Part shown: positions 9,978-20,443 of the stretch, piece by piece
How the letters are laid out: the number at the start of each line of letters is the position of its first letter
How positions within the stretch are numbered: position 1 is the stretch's first letter
DNA from: Pelagomonas calceolata
Lineage: Eukaryota
DNA length: 64,000 nucleotides
Direction of reading: 5' to 3'
Assembly (NCBI GenBank): GCA_918797485.1
Contig: CAKKNE010000003.1
Location: 3,472,001-3,536,000 of the forward strand
Position numbers and translations under genes: made by a program
Notes under the pieces: model-generated
Seen by the model: the letters and a program-made list of their open reading frames with translations, nothing else
Database searches by the model: none
Told to the model about the DNA's origin: nothing

Positions 9978-11069
9978 ATGTTCCACCTCCCCGGACGAGG
10001 TACCACGGCCCTCACCGTCAAAAGCTCACCACCGAAGACCGCGCAAACGGCGACGCGACTCGGTGTCAGGGCGGGCGTCCTCACAAAACGCGACGAGCGC
10101 GGCGCGTGGCAACGCCGGTACTGCGCTCTAGTCCCGCAGACGTTACTATTTTACTATGATGATGAAACGAGTGACGACGCGCGCGGTATTATCGACTTGG
10201 AGTACTACGGCGACGTGCAGATCGTGCGGGGCCGAACGCTACGTCTAGCCACCGCCTCTGACGTTCCACTGCGATCCTTCTTCTTCCAGGCGGAAACGGA
10301 GGAGCAGGCCCAGAAGTGGTGCGAAGCTTTGAGTAGGGAACGGTATTTTGTGGTCGCCGATGAAAGAGATGCGTACAGAGAACTGCAGGGCGAGTTCTCG
10401 ACGACGCGCGCGCAGGACGACGAGTCGTGCTCAAAGATGCGGGAGGCTTCTCAAGAAAGAAATGCGGCGGCTTCGTTATCGGAAAAACGAGCAGCCGACG
10501 CGTTGGAGGTTTTAAGGGATCAGGCCTTGGCCCTCGGTCTCGCGCCGCGTCAGGCGGCTGCGTTAACTACACCAGCAGCCGCAGCACGGGAGGTGGCCCA
10601 CCGGCTCCACTTCTGCGGGCGACGGCGCGAGTCCCTCGAACGGGCGTTGCAGGCGCTCGAGACGTCACAGCCGGAGCCGCCCGATGCCGCGGAAAAGCGT
10701 CAGTCTACCATCGCCGCATTGCGAGCGAAATTAGCTTCACAAAAACAAAAGACGGCCCACGCCTCGACGTCGCGGCTCGCCGCCGACGCGCGGCGCGACG
10801 CGGCTCTCCAGACCGCGCGCGCGGCGCGGGCCGCGGTCGCCGCCGCGGCTTCCAGAAGGTCGCGCGCCGAGCGGAGCGCGGCGGAGCTCGTCGACCAGAA
10901 GCGCGTGCTCGTGAGGGAGGTGCGCGAGCGGCGCGCGCGGCTCGACGACGCGCGGCGCGTGTCGTCGTCGCTGGAACACGCTGCAGATTTGCCGGCCGCC
11001 GTCGCGGGGCTGAGCGTGGACGACGCCGTCGAGCGTCTGAGAAGGGGGTCGGCGCCGATGGTCGGGTAA
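9978..11069 (+). CDS. PH-domain coiled-coil protein
   Basis: AGVLTKR..GAWQRRYCAL...LFYY...FFFQAETEEQAQKWCEAL followed by coiled coil. Confidence 0.85.
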   Translation: MFHLPGRGTTALTVKSSPPKTAQTATRLGVRAGVLTKRDERGAWQRRYCALVPQTLLFYYDDETSDDARGIIDLEYYGDVQIVRGRTLRLATASDVPLRSFFFQAETEEQAQKWCEALSRERYFVVADERDAYRELQGEFSTTRAQDDESCSKMREASQERNAAASLSEKRAADALEVLRDQALALGLAPRQAAALTTPAAAAREVAHRLHFCGRRRESLERALQALETSQPEPPDAAEKRQSTIAALRAKLASQKQKTAHASTSRLAADARRDAALQTARAARAAVAAAASRRSRAERSAAELVDQKRVLVREVRERRARLDDARRVSSSLEHAADLPAAVAGLSVDDAVERLRRGSAPMVG

Positions 11070-11098
11070 TGTGGTGAGTTGTATGTTCTTACTGATGC

Positions 11099-11720
11099 CT
11101 AGCGGCGGCGGGCGCGCGGCGACGGCGCGGCGGCGGGCTCGTCGCGGCGGCGCTTCTTGCGCAACGCGGCGGGCCCGTGGCCGTTCGGAACCTTGGTGCG
11201 CACGCGGGGGACCAATTGCCCGTCGACGACCGGGTTCGTCCGCCGCTTCCCTTCGAGCCCAGCGCGTCGGATGGCCGCGTTGACGGCGTGCGCGGCCGCC
11301 TCCTGCGTGTCGAAGTTGCCGATGAAGCGCGTCTTGCCGTCCGCGTCAGTGTAGCTCGCCCGCCACCGCCGCTTGCTCTTGTCCCAGTTCACGCCCCAGA
11401 ACTTGGACGTCGTCGCCGTCTGGTCGTGCGCTTGGTCCGGCGCGACTACGGCGGAGCGGTCGCCACGGTCTTGATCGAGTCTGTTGGGCGCGCCAGATCG
11501 TTTTGGCACCAACGCACCCGTCGCGTCGACGGCGTTCATGCGCCGCTTGCCTTCGAGGCCCGCGTCGCGAATAGCTTGGTCACGCGCGCGCGCGGCCTCC
11601 TCCTCGTCGTCGAAGTAGCCGATGGTGCGCTTCTTGCCGTCCGCGTCACTATACTGCGCCTTCCATTTCTTGTGTTGCCGATCCCAACACACGCCCCAGA
11701 ACCGCGACGACGCCGTTCGC
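11099..11720 (-). CDS. Tandem double AP2-domain protein; start not resolved (no in-frame ATG seen)
   Basis: Two S(R/K)FWGV.WD....WKA.Y.DADGK...IG.FD..E.AA repeats. Paralog of 5384-5839. Confidence 0.7.
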
Positions 11721-11990
11721 GCGCCGCCGTCGCCTTCTTCCGCGACAGCCGCATTGAAGCTGGAGTGAACTAAATGCCAAATGTCACCGCGGCCTAAGTG
11801 TGCGGTCGGCGGGCCTCTTGGGCGGTCAAACGAAAACCCCCACAGACCAGAGTGTTCCCGCGGCGACCAGCGGCTCGAAAATCACTGAGAGCAATTCGCT
11901 GCTGGAAAAACCCGCCCCGAGCCAGAGACTGAGTGCACGCCATCGCGGCGAGACGCGTACTACCGCAACGACATCTAAATTAACGAGATA

Positions 11991-12578
11991 TTATGCCTTC
12001 GCCGCCTGCGCGAGGTCGTCCGCCGAGGACGCTTTTTTGAGGCCCGCCGTGACGATCTTCCGGATTCTCTCAAGAGAGCTTTTGTTGCCGTCGAGCGACA
12101 CGCAGGCGTCCTCCGTGTAGGGCGCATCTACCCTAACCTGGTCCAGCACATTTATCGAATCACCAGACCAACTACAATCAAGGGTCTTGGACAAAGCGTC
12201 GAAGCAGGCCTGCCCCGCCGCCGACGCGTTCGGGTTCAGCATGGCCATGGCCGCCTCCATGGCCTCGTAGGCCTCCGACTCGCGCTTCTTGCACGCCGCG
12301 ACGTCGATGGCTGGCAAGGGCGCGACGAGCGCCTTCTTGTCCTTGGCGTCGGGCGGCTTCACGACCTTTATACTATCAATGGCGTGCTCCGGGACTAACC
12401 GCACGTCTCTACTGTCTTGCGTGACGGGTTTTTCGGCCGCCGAAAAGAGGACCACGGTTTTTGTCACCGGGTCGACGGTGTAGACGGCGCCCTCGCAGCT
12501 GCCGGAGTCCTTGAGTTTTATCGAGACGGTGGCGCCTATTTTCAATTTGTCGACGGCGACTTTGCCATTTGATGCCAT
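11991..12578 (-). CDS. LSM12: LSM12-like protein (Lsm plus anticodon-binding AD domain)
   Basis: EGAVYTVDPVTKTVVL and GQACFDALSKTLDCSWSGDSINVLDQVRVDAPY. Confidence 0.85.
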   Translation of the reverse strand: MASNGKVAVDKLKIGATVSIKLKDSGSCEGAVYTVDPVTKTVVLFSAAEKPVTQDSRDVRLVPEHAIDSIKVVKPPDAKDKKALVAPLPAIDVAACKKRESEAYEAMEAAMAMLNPNASAAGQACFDALSKTLDCSWSGDSINVLDQVRVDAPYTEDACVSLDGNKSSLERIRKIVTAGLKKASSADDLAQAAKA

Positions 12579-12758
12579 CGCGGCGGCGGCGGCTAGCGCG
12601 CTGCTGCGGCGAGCTGCAATGGGGCGGCGGCGGGCGCTGCTCCGCACACGTTAAGCCCTTGGATCCTTCCGAGGGTGCTAGCGACGAGCCGTGTGGATGC
12701 GTAAATGAACTTAAGCTGGCGTTTTGCGCAGCGATTTTACTCGACAAAAACACAGCTA

Positions 12759-12782
12759 CCTAGCGGCCTGTAAGACACTAGC
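12759..12782 (+). promoter_or_regulatory. CTAG-bounded upstream motif copy
   Basis: CCTAGCGGCCTGTAAGACACTAGC between divergent genes. Confidence 0.7.
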
Positions 12783-13014
12783 AAGCCAGCCAAACAGATC
12801 CTTCCGTCCATTTTGTTTTTGAGACTCGTGGCTCGAGCGCTGCGGAGACCCTTCGTTGTTTAAAACTCCGCGCCGCACAACTCAGCCTCCCTGAGGAGCT
12901 CGAAGGTCTCGAGCCTCCCGCGCGCATTCCTGCATCCCGCAACTGCGCCGCATTGCCAGTAGGTCAAAGCCATCCCAGGCTCGCGCGCAAGCCCCCCGCG
13001 AGCCGCCCTACACC

Positions 13015-13956
13015 ATGAGTGACCAGCCTCCTGACCAGCCCATGGAGGACGCCGCGCCGGCCGACGCGCCGCCGCCCCCAAGCCCGGCCGACGTCATCCT
13101 CCAGCGCGCCCAGCGCAATTCAAGAGGAGTCGATCGCGAGGCCGAGGCCGCCGAGCAGCGCTGGGCGTCCCTAGGCGGCGGCAGCGCGCTCGGTGATGGC
13201 ACGACGGAAGCGGCCGCGCCGGCGCCGGCTCCTCAACAATTGGAGACGCTCGACGTCCGCGTGACCTTCTTCGCCGACGGCTTCACGGTCGAAGAGCAGA
13301 AGCCCAAAGAGACGAAGCCCGAGCCCCCGAGGCCGAGGCGCGGCGGCACGGCCACGCTCCAGGACTTCGCCGCGCCGCCGAGACCTCCGACACTCCCGAC
13401 GGACTTCCCGGAGCTGCGGCCGTTTGATAGTGACGAGTCGCGGGAGTTCCTGGATCATTTAGCTAGAGACGAGGTGCCTCCATCTTTGAGAAGACCGAAC
13501 CGGCGCGTGCGGTTTGGCGTGGCCGACGCGCGGCCGATGCCCTGCCCCTGGGGGCCGCAGGCGCCGTCGCGCGAGGCGCTACAAAGGGCGATGGGCCGCC
13601 AACGAAGAGCAGCGCCAGTGCAGGAGAAGTTTGTCGGTGAGGGCCAGGCGCTCGGCGGCTCTTCGACGCCGGCCGTCGAGGACACTGCGCCGCTGCCCGA
13701 CGCGCCCGTCGTCGACGCCTCGAAGCCGGTCGCGAAGTTCCGTTTGCGCCTCGCGTCGGGCAAGGCGCTGGCCGTCGAGCTCAACCAGGACCATACCGTC
13801 GGCCACCTGCGCGCGTTTATCGGGGCGCAGGGCGCGGGCGACAAGCCCTACGACCTCCTCGCGGGCTTCCCGCCGAAGCCCCTACTGGACGCGGGGCAGA
13901 CCGTCGGCGCCGCGGGCCTCGCCGGCGGCGCCGTCTCCCAGAAGCTCCGGGCCTAG
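13015..13956 (+). CDS. p47/Shp1-like SEP-UBX domain protein
   Basis: VTFFADGFTV (SEP), FVGEGQALG (SHP box), C-terminal UBX with AGFPPKPL. Confidence 0.85.
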   Translation: MSDQPPDQPMEDAAPADAPPPPSPADVILQRAQRNSRGVDREAEAAEQRWASLGGGSALGDGTTEAAAPAPAPQQLETLDVRVTFFADGFTVEEQKPKETKPEPPRPRRGGTATLQDFAAPPRPPTLPTDFPELRPFDSDESREFLDHLARDEVPPSLRRPNRRVRFGVADARPMPCPWGPQAPSREALQRAMGRQRRAAPVQEKFVGEGQALGGSSTPAVEDTAPLPDAPVVDASKPVAKFRLRLASGKALAVELNQDHTVGHLRAFIGAQGAGDKPYDLLAGFPPKPLLDAGQTVGAAGLAGGAVSQKLRA

Positions 13957-14005
13957 TCGTTTTCGTTTCCCTCCCTCTGTAAGTAAGCGTAGTTCTCCTC
14001 GTGCC

Positions 14006-15178
14006 TTACGCGCCCCCCGGCGGCATCGCCTCGACGCCTTCGCGGATTGATTCGACGTCGCTTTCGCGGGCGTGGAAGGCTGCTCGTGCATCTCGCAGGC
14101 ATTTCTCAAGCCCCTTTGTGATCGGATGCGCACCACCGAAGACGCGCCGCGCGGTCCGTTCCAACTCCTCGAACGTCGTCACGGCCTCGCGGACGTCGTC
14201 GAGCGTGGCGCCAGGGTCACTTTTGAGCGCCTCTGCGTAACATCCCCTCATCTTGAGCGTGACACTATCACTCTCTCCGAGAACGCGTGGCGCCACGGGT
14301 ATAGCTTTGCGCAGCAGTGACTTGACTTCTCCGAAGCGCCGTAGACTCAGAAGGCACGACGCGTAGTTGGTAACTGCCAGGAGGGTGTCCGCATGTTGAT
14401 CGCCATTGAGCTTCAAACGTCCAGAGTATACGTCTCGCCGTAGGCGTAGGGCTTCGCCTAGCCTACCTAGCATTTGATACGAATTCGCAAGGTTGCTCTG
14501 CACAGTGAGTATGCTACTTTCTGATCCTTCAAGGCGCCGCAGCATAGACAACTCGGCCTCTCTGATGGACGCCGCGTCCGCGTGGCGGTCTGCATCAGAT
14601 AAACCACACCCGAGCCGCGACATCGCAAGTTGCTGAAGCACTTCATTATCCGAGTACTTCAGGTACGTCTTCCAGCACGCCCACCCGAGCGCACACGACA
14701 CGACACTGTGGTAACCTTGCTCGCACAGGCTACACTTGTGCCACCGCCGCCAGCTCGCTTGGCCCCTCTTGTCATGCCAGTTGTTCGCCTTGGCCTCCTC
14801 GAACAAAAGCTTCGCCTGCTCCACCAGGCACGACACGTGCGCAAAACCCGCCGTTCCGCGGCACGCGCACCCGCGCACGAGGCCCTCCTTCGTCTTCCAA
14901 TGAAGGGCTTGCGTGCAGATGAAGCACGTCTGGCCCTTCGTGTCCTCGGCGCACTTCTCGACCGCGACCGATACGGCCTCCGTGTATTTTGTATCAGCAT
15001 GATATTGCTCCGCGCCGCCTGCTTTCTTTATCTTCTTGCAGAGCGTGTCGTGGCCGCCCTCTTTCCAGTGCTGCACCTGGCACTCGGCGCCGCAGTAGCG
15101 CGTGCTGCAGCGGCCGCATTTCTTCCCCAAGGATAGCCCAAGCTCGGTGGCGCAGACGGCGCACTGCGTGAGGATCAT
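14006..15178 (-). CDS. MYND zinc finger + RING-variant + TPR (kinesin-light-chain-like) protein
   Basis: CAVC...CGRCSTRYCGAECQVQHW...H...C, then CFIC...CACRGTAGFAHVSCL, then helical repeats. Paralog of 28785. Confidence 0.85.
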   Translation of the reverse strand: MILTQCAVCATELGLSLGKKCGRCSTRYCGAECQVQHWKEGGHDTLCKKIKKAGGAEQYHADTKYTEAVSVAVEKCAEDTKGQTCFICTQALHWKTKEGLVRGCACRGTAGFAHVSCLVEQAKLLFEEAKANNWHDKRGQASWRRWHKCSLCEQGYHSVVSCALGWACWKTYLKYSDNEVLQQLAMSRLGCGLSDADRHADAASIREAELSMLRRLEGSESSILTVQSNLANSYQMLGRLGEALRLRRDVYSGRLKLNGDQHADTLLAVTNYASCLLSLRRFGEVKSLLRKAIPVAPRVLGESDSVTLKMRGCYAEALKSDPGATLDDVREAVTTFEELERTARRVFGGAHPITKGLEKCLRDARAAFHARESDVESIREGVEAMPPGGA

Positions 15179-15238
15179 CTTCGCTCGGGGGCAGCCCTAC
15201 GATGCAAAAAAGCCTCAAAAAGCCTCCGCAGGCTAAAT

Positions 15239-15262
15239 ACTAGTGCCTTACGAGACGCTAGC
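15239..15262 (-). promoter_or_regulatory. CTAG-bounded upstream motif copy (TAAGGCAC variant)
   Basis: ACTAGTGCCTTACGAGACGCTAGC between divergent genes. Confidence 0.6.
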
Positions 15263-15407
15263 AAGCAGCTTTGGTCGCAGCGCCAGAGTGCTGCCAAACA
15301 AAGGCCCAGCGCTGCTCCGGACATCCAAAGTATTCGACCCATACCGCCACAAGACCGCACGCCACGGAAACGCCGAGCCAGAGCCCCTCCCCCAGCCCTG
15401 CAGCAAA

Positions 15408-16142
15408 ATGCCACCGGCCAAGGTGCTCTGCCTCACGACGGGCGGGTCATTGGACAAGACCTATGATGGCGTCTCCTCCTCATTCATAGTAGGAGCGCCG
15501 ACGGCGAAGCGCTGCTTGAGAAATGTGCAGTGTGCCCACAACGTCGAGTACGCCGAGGTCTGTCGCAAGGACTCTTTAGAGTTAACAAAAGGTGATCGGG
15601 AAGTCCTCGACGCCGCCGTGAGGGCCGCGCCCCAACAATACATCGTCATCACGCACGGCACGGACACGCTGAACGTGACGGCGAAGGCCTTGCAGCGCAC
15701 CGCGATAGCGACGGGCAAGACGGTAGTCTTAACGGGCGCGATGAAGCCGTATGCCTTCATGGAGAGCGACGGCCCGTTCAATCTAGGTGCCGCGTTTACC
15801 GTGGTCACGTTATTACCGCCGGGTTGCCACGTCGTCTTTCACGGGAAAGTGTTCAGTGATCCGGAGTTGATAGTCAAAGATGTCAAAAATGATCGCCTCG
15901 TCGAGAAGGTCGCGAAATCAATCCCAGACGTGCCCGAGGGCATCTGCGCGTATTTTGCGGCGGGAAAACGGTGCAAGTTCGGGGCGAAGTGCCGCGACCG
16001 GCACTGCGCGGCGGACGCTGATGATAGGCCGCCGACGCCGCCGACGCCTTCTACGCCTTCTATGCCGTCGAAGGGCCGCGGGCGGGGGCGCGGGCGCGGA
16101 CGGGGTCGCGGGGGGCGCGGGCGGGCCCGGGGACAGGCATGA
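15408..16142 (+). CDS. Short asparaginase-domain protein fused to a CCCH zinc finger and RG/RGG tail
   Basis: TTGGSLDK, DSLEL, ITHGTDT and VLTGAMKP motifs, then C-x8-C-x5-C-x3-H, then GRGRGRG. Confidence 0.85.
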   Translation: MPPAKVLCLTTGGSLDKTYDGVSSSFIVGAPTAKRCLRNVQCAHNVEYAEVCRKDSLELTKGDREVLDAAVRAAPQQYIVITHGTDTLNVTAKALQRTAIATGKTVVLTGAMKPYAFMESDGPFNLGAAFTVVTLLPPGCHVVFHGKVFSDPELIVKDVKNDRLVEKVAKSIPDVPEGICAYFAAGKRCKFGAKCRDRHCAADADDRPPTPPTPSTPSMPSKGRGRGRGRGRGRGGRGRARGQA

Positions 16143-16161
16143 CAGGTAAAATTTTTTATGA

Positions 16162-17439
16162 CTAGCTCGTGTTCGCGATCGAGGTGCGCGCGGCGATAGG
16201 TACACGGCAATTCGGGCACTCCTGGAGCGCGTCGGCGCACGAGGCGCAGGCGAGGAAGTGGTTGCACGGCCCGAAGAGGACGGTCCGCGGCGCGTCGGCC
16301 TCCATGCAGATCGTGCAGAGGAGGCGGTCCTCGAGCGCCTCCTTCTCGAGCTTGACCTGGCGGAACGCGTCTCGCTGGGCCTTCTCGCGCTGGAGGCCGG
16401 AAGGGGGCGGTGCCGCGTCGGCGTCCTCGCGCGCGCGCTTTGGCGGCCTCTCGCGCGTCTCCGCGCCGGTCTCCGCGTCGATCACGGGGACGCTCGTGAG
16501 GCGGTCGAGCTCGCTCGTGAGGCGCTCGACCTCGCTTGCGCGGTTGACGAGCTCCTTCTCGACGTGGCCGAGGCGCGCCTTGATCTTGTCCGACGCATTG
16601 GCGTAGTAAGTGCCGCACGAGACGCAGAGCTCGCCCTCGCCGGTGGGGCCGTCGTATCGGCGGCGCGTGGAGGTCGCACCGCACCAGCGGCACTCGAACG
16701 TCGCCGAGAGCGGGCCGGTCTTGCCGTTTCTGAAGCGTCCGCCGCACGTCTTGCAGAGGGTGCCGGGACCTTTGGGGCCCGTGCATCGCCGGCCAGTTGT
16801 CTCTGGGCACCAATCGCAACGCCAGTCCTCCGCCGGCGGGCCGGTCGCGCCCTTCACATAGCGCAATCCGCACGGCTCGCAGAGCGTGGCTGGTCCCTTT
16901 GGCCCCTTGAACCGCCTTGGCGTCTCTTGGACGCCACACCGGTCACAGGACCAATCGGCCGAGCGCGGGCCGGTCTCGCCATTTCTGTGGCGTCTGTAGC
17001 ACGTGCCGCAGAGCGTCGACGGGCCGCCCGGGCCTCGGCACCTGCCATCGGCTTTTAATGACTGGCACCAGTTGCACCGCCACGGGGCATCGGACGACGA
17101 GCCGGGCGGACTCGCGTCCTCACCACCGCCGGCCGCGGCGGGTCCAGGTACCGGGTCGCCTCGCGGGCGCTGCTTCTCGCAGCATTGACGCCACAGAACC
17201 GCGCCGACCAGCGCCGGCGCCCGCTCCAAGAAAGCCTGGGTCACGGACGGGATCTCGCGCGCGGTCTTCTTGGCTGTGAGCTCCTGTAGCAAGGTGCGTA
17301 GTCCATTTCGCTTTATCGGGTCGACTACTTGGCAAAGGTCGACGTATAGGCGAATGGCATCATTGGCGGCCATTGGCGGCGGCGCGCGGGCCTCGGCCTG
17401 CGCGATGGCGGCACACAGCTTGTCGAGCTGGTCGCTCAT
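16162..17439 (-). CDS. Four GATA-like zinc fingers + coiled coil + C-terminal RING (putative E3 ligase)
   Basis: Four CxxC-x~17-LCxxC units with GP.GP.TLC, and CTICME...PCNHFLACASC...CPNCR. Confidence 0.85.
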   Translation of the reverse strand: MSDQLDKLCAAIAQAEARAPPPMAANDAIRLYVDLCQVVDPIKRNGLRTLLQELTAKKTAREIPSVTQAFLERAPALVGAVLWRQCCEKQRPRGDPVPGPAAAGGGEDASPPGSSSDAPWRCNWCQSLKADGRCRGPGGPSTLCGTCYRRHRNGETGPRSADWSCDRCGVQETPRRFKGPKGPATLCEPCGLRYVKGATGPPAEDWRCDWCPETTGRRCTGPKGPGTLCKTCGGRFRNGKTGPLSATFECRWCGATSTRRRYDGPTGEGELCVSCGTYYANASDKIKARLGHVEKELVNRASEVERLTSELDRLTSVPVIDAETGAETRERPPKRAREDADAAPPPSGLQREKAQRDAFRQVKLEKEALEDRLLCTICMEADAPRTVLFGPCNHFLACASCADALQECPNCRVPIAARTSIANTS

Positions 17440-17720
17440 CGCGGGCGTTCGAGAGGTGCGCAGGCGATGCAAAGCAAGAGTCCACGCTCGTGAAGCCGCG
17501 CGCAGAGGCAGCGGGGTATATTAACCAAAAGGCTTCGCAGGCCCTAAAGTTTCGGCCTAATAAATAACATCCTGCACAGCCTGGGGGCAGCCCCAAGCGG
17601 TGGTCTCCCGGCGGCAAGGGGGTCAAAGACAATGCAGCCACGTTCCGCGAAGGCACGCCACCGTCGCGTCAGCCGTTCTGCGGAGATCTGAGAATCGACA
17701 AGATCGGCCTCGTGCGGGTT

Positions 17721-18257
17721 CTATCCACTACTTAGCCTCTCGACCAGCGCCGCGCGCATGCGCCCCCGCGCCTCCGCCGCGGCGCCGAGCGCCTCGTCGA
17801 GGGCCGCGGCCGTGTCGCCCGCGCCGTCGACGCGGCTCGCGACGACGCCCTCAGCCGTCGCGACGAGCGCGAGCGCGCCCTCGCCCAGTTCCACGCAGCC
17901 GCCGCCGCACAGGCCCCGCAGCGGTATGTCCGCATCACATAAGGCGAGGGACGCCGCCATGCACGCGGCTGCGAGTTCGCCGCGGCCGCTGTTCAAAATG
18001 ACGGCCCGTAGTTTGATAAAGGCCTTGGGCCCGCCCGGCGCGAGGCAGCTTTTGAGGGCGCGCGCGACGTCGTCTCCATTGATTTGGGGAGCGTCGAAGG
18101 ACGCGGCCTCGACCTCGCAGTCTATTGTTAGTCCGTCGCGCCGCGCCGCTTCCAGTCTACAGGCGACGGAGACGCTGGAGCCGTCATAAAAGACCGTGGC
18201 ACTACCAGCGGCGTCGGCGACGGTGCCGAGGTCGATGCGTAGGGCCTCGCCGGCCAT
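17721..18257 (-). CDS. RNase PH-like exosome subunit (Rrp46-like)
   Basis: ADAAGSATV...SVSVAC and ELAAACMAASLALCDADIPL. Confidence 0.7.
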   Translation of the reverse strand: MAGEALRIDLGTVADAAGSATVFYDGSSVSVACRLEAARRDGLTIDCEVEAASFDAPQINGDDVARALKSCLAPGGPKAFIKLRAVILNSGRGELAAACMAASLALCDADIPLRGLCGGGCVELGEGALALVATAEGVVASRVDGAGDTAAALDEALGAAAEARGRMRAALVERLSSG

Positions 18258-18433
18258 CTCTTCGAGTGCTGTGCTGCTCTTCAGAGCGCTGCTCTTCAGA
18301 GAGAGCAGAGTGCAGACCGAGCGCAACCACGGGCAAGAAGCTATTAGCAGGTCACAAGGGTACCCGGCACGGTGCAAAACAGTGCACAGCGACGCCGCCG
18401 CGCCCTAAAACAGCTCGCGGCCGCCGCCGCCGG

Positions 18434-18457
18434 GCTAGCGTCCTGTAAGACACTAGT
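18434..18457 (+). promoter_or_regulatory. CTAG-bounded upstream motif copy
   Basis: GCTAGCGTCCTGTAAGACACTAGT between divergent genes. Confidence 0.7.
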
Positions 18458-18521
18458 TCCAATTGGTTCGAGACTCATGACCCAACAGCTGATAATGCAT
18501 GGCTGCCCTTCATAATTTATC

Positions 18522-19391
18522 ATGGATTGGTTTGGATTTGACAAAAACTTGCAATCTGCTCGCACTCGTAGCTTAGCGCAAAACTGCAGGGGCCCCATAG
18601 CTCTCCTAGAGGTGCGGCGACTGCTGACCGAAAGTAACGCTTTAGTAGACGGCACGGCCTTATATGGTAGACCGTTGATCAATGCGGTTGAATGCTGTGA
18701 ACCTGAGAGTCTTGAAGTCGCGCGTCTTTTGCTAGATCGCGGCGCGGACGTCGACCTGATTGGCGCAGAAGGCAAGACGGCACTGTATGTTGCGTGCAAA
18801 CAATTTAAGGGTGGTTATGGGAGACGTGCGCCACCACTCGTGGAGCTCCTCCTCTCACGGGGGGCTGATCCCCGTCGGTGGCATAACGGGCGTACGCTGT
18901 TCGGGGTGGCGCTGGAAGCTCGTAACTACGGCGCCGCTCGTTTACTTCTCGCCCACGGCGTGTCCGTCGAGGATCCCGTGAGCCACTACGGTCCAGTACC
19001 GATTCGTCCGCTTTTCCGTTTTTGCGAATCTGACGGACACGAGTCATCTACCTCCCAGAACAATGGCGGCATTGAGCAAGTACGTTTTTTGCTCGCGCAT
19101 GGCGCCGCCTTCGACTTCATTAATTACGATGGTCATTCTGCGCTCACCTTTGTGCGCTCGGGGCACCGGCGACTCCCGAATGGACAATGGCGGGGAGGTA
19201 GGCCCGAGATGAACGCCCTCTTCGACGCGTTCCTGACGCACTACTGGACTCTACGCGTCCGGCTCCGCCTCTTCGGCCGGCGCGCCAGCCACCGGCCGGG
19301 CCCGCAGCGGCTTGTGCTCGGCGACGCCTATCTACCGAACCATATCGGGTCTTTCGTCGTCGGTGACGGCATCATTGTGAAGAAAAAGTAG
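18522..19391 (+). CDS. Ankyrin repeat protein
   Basis: Repeated ARLLLDRGADVD, GKTALYVAC, LLLSRGAD and FLLAHGA. Confidence 0.85.
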   Translation: MDWFGFDKNLQSARTRSLAQNCRGPIALLEVRRLLTESNALVDGTALYGRPLINAVECCEPESLEVARLLLDRGADVDLIGAEGKTALYVACKQFKGGYGRRAPPLVELLLSRGADPRRWHNGRTLFGVALEARNYGAARLLLAHGVSVEDPVSHYGPVPIRPLFRFCESDGHESSTSQNNGGIEQVRFLLAHGAAFDFINYDGHSALTFVRSGHRRLPNGQWRGGRPEMNALFDAFLTHYWTLRVRLRLFGRRASHRPGPQRLVLGDAYLPNHIGSFVVGDGIIVKKK

Positions 19392-19484
19392 AATATAATA
19401 ATGTCATTAAACTAGTTCAGACGCGGGACGGATCCAGCCGCGGGCGGGGAACGAAGGACGTTCACTACAGCTATGCGTAGAAAT

Positions 19485-20093
19485 TCAATACAGATTCTTA
19501 GCCTGGAAGTAGTTCTTCAGCGACTGGACCTGGAGCACCGCGGTAAGCACCAGGATGCCGATCTGTAGGACCGGCCACCACACCGCGGCCACGTTGATCC
19601 GCTCCGCTTTTCTATGAAAGCGCACCTCCTTCTCCTTCATGTAGTCCGCCTCGTTGAGGATCTCCGCCAATTCATCATTCAGCTTGACGACCTCGACCTG
19701 GAGCCGGTCCATCTTGTTCTCGGAAGCCATCTCAGCGTAATATTTTTGACCATGCCCTCTCTCGATCTCGAGATTGACCCGTACCTTCCCGGGCGACTGG
19801 GGCTTCAAACACAAATCGTGGGCCGCCTCGGAGCCCGTCGCCATGGACAGTTCGCTTTTGTGGTCACTTACGACCTTGCTGAAGATCTGCGTTTTTGTGC
19901 GTCGGTCCGTCAGCGTGACTTTCACGCGCTTGTCTTCCGTCTTCTCGTTCGCGGGGAGTTCATATTTAATCGTAAGTTGCGTATCCAGGGGCTGTTCTAT
20001 TAAAAAACATTCTTTTTCGCCGTCGAGGACCACGAAAAACGCACTGATTGTCGGGAGTATCGTCAGTATCCTCAGGAGGAGGCGGCGCGGCAT
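19485..20093 (-). CDS. p24/emp24/TMED GOLD-domain cargo receptor
   Basis: Signal peptide, EKECF GOLD start, coiled coil, TM helix and LKNYFQAK tail. Confidence 0.9.
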   Translation of the reverse strand: MPRRLLLRILTILPTISAFFVVLDGEKECFLIEQPLDTQLTIKYELPANEKTEDKRVKVTLTDRRTKTQIFSKVVSDHKSELSMATGSEAAHDLCLKPQSPGKVRVNLEIERGHGQKYYAEMASENKMDRLQVEVVKLNDELAEILNEADYMKEKEVRFHRKAERINVAAVWWPVLQIGILVLTAVLQVQSLKNYFQAKNLY

Positions 20094-20303
20094 CCTGATG
20101 GTTGGTGCTGGACGGCGGGCGCGCGGCGGCTGGCGCGGCGCGGCCGTCGGCTGGTGTGGAGTGGGTCCTGCCTTGTGCGCGGCGCGGCGGCTCGCGGCTG
20201 GCGCAGCGCGTTTGGATTGTAAGAGCGACAGTGAAACGAGTCCCGAGCGAGTAATTGCGCCCTCACAGCAGGCAAATGTAACAATGTTAGGCCGCGGCAG
20301 CTC

Positions 20304-20329
20304 GCTAGTGTGTCTTACAGTCCGCTAGC
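20304..20329 (-). promoter_or_regulatory. CTAG-bounded upstream motif copy
   Basis: GCTAGTGTGTCTTACAGTCCGCTAGC between divergent genes. Confidence 0.65.
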
Positions 20330-20443
20330 TCGATGCAGCGGTGGCAGACTCTCCCAGCGATTGTGAAGCCCCTCGACGACGCAGCAACGCAGCCGTGCCC
20401 GCATCGCTCGACCCCAGCCATGACCGACCAATAAAACCTCATC

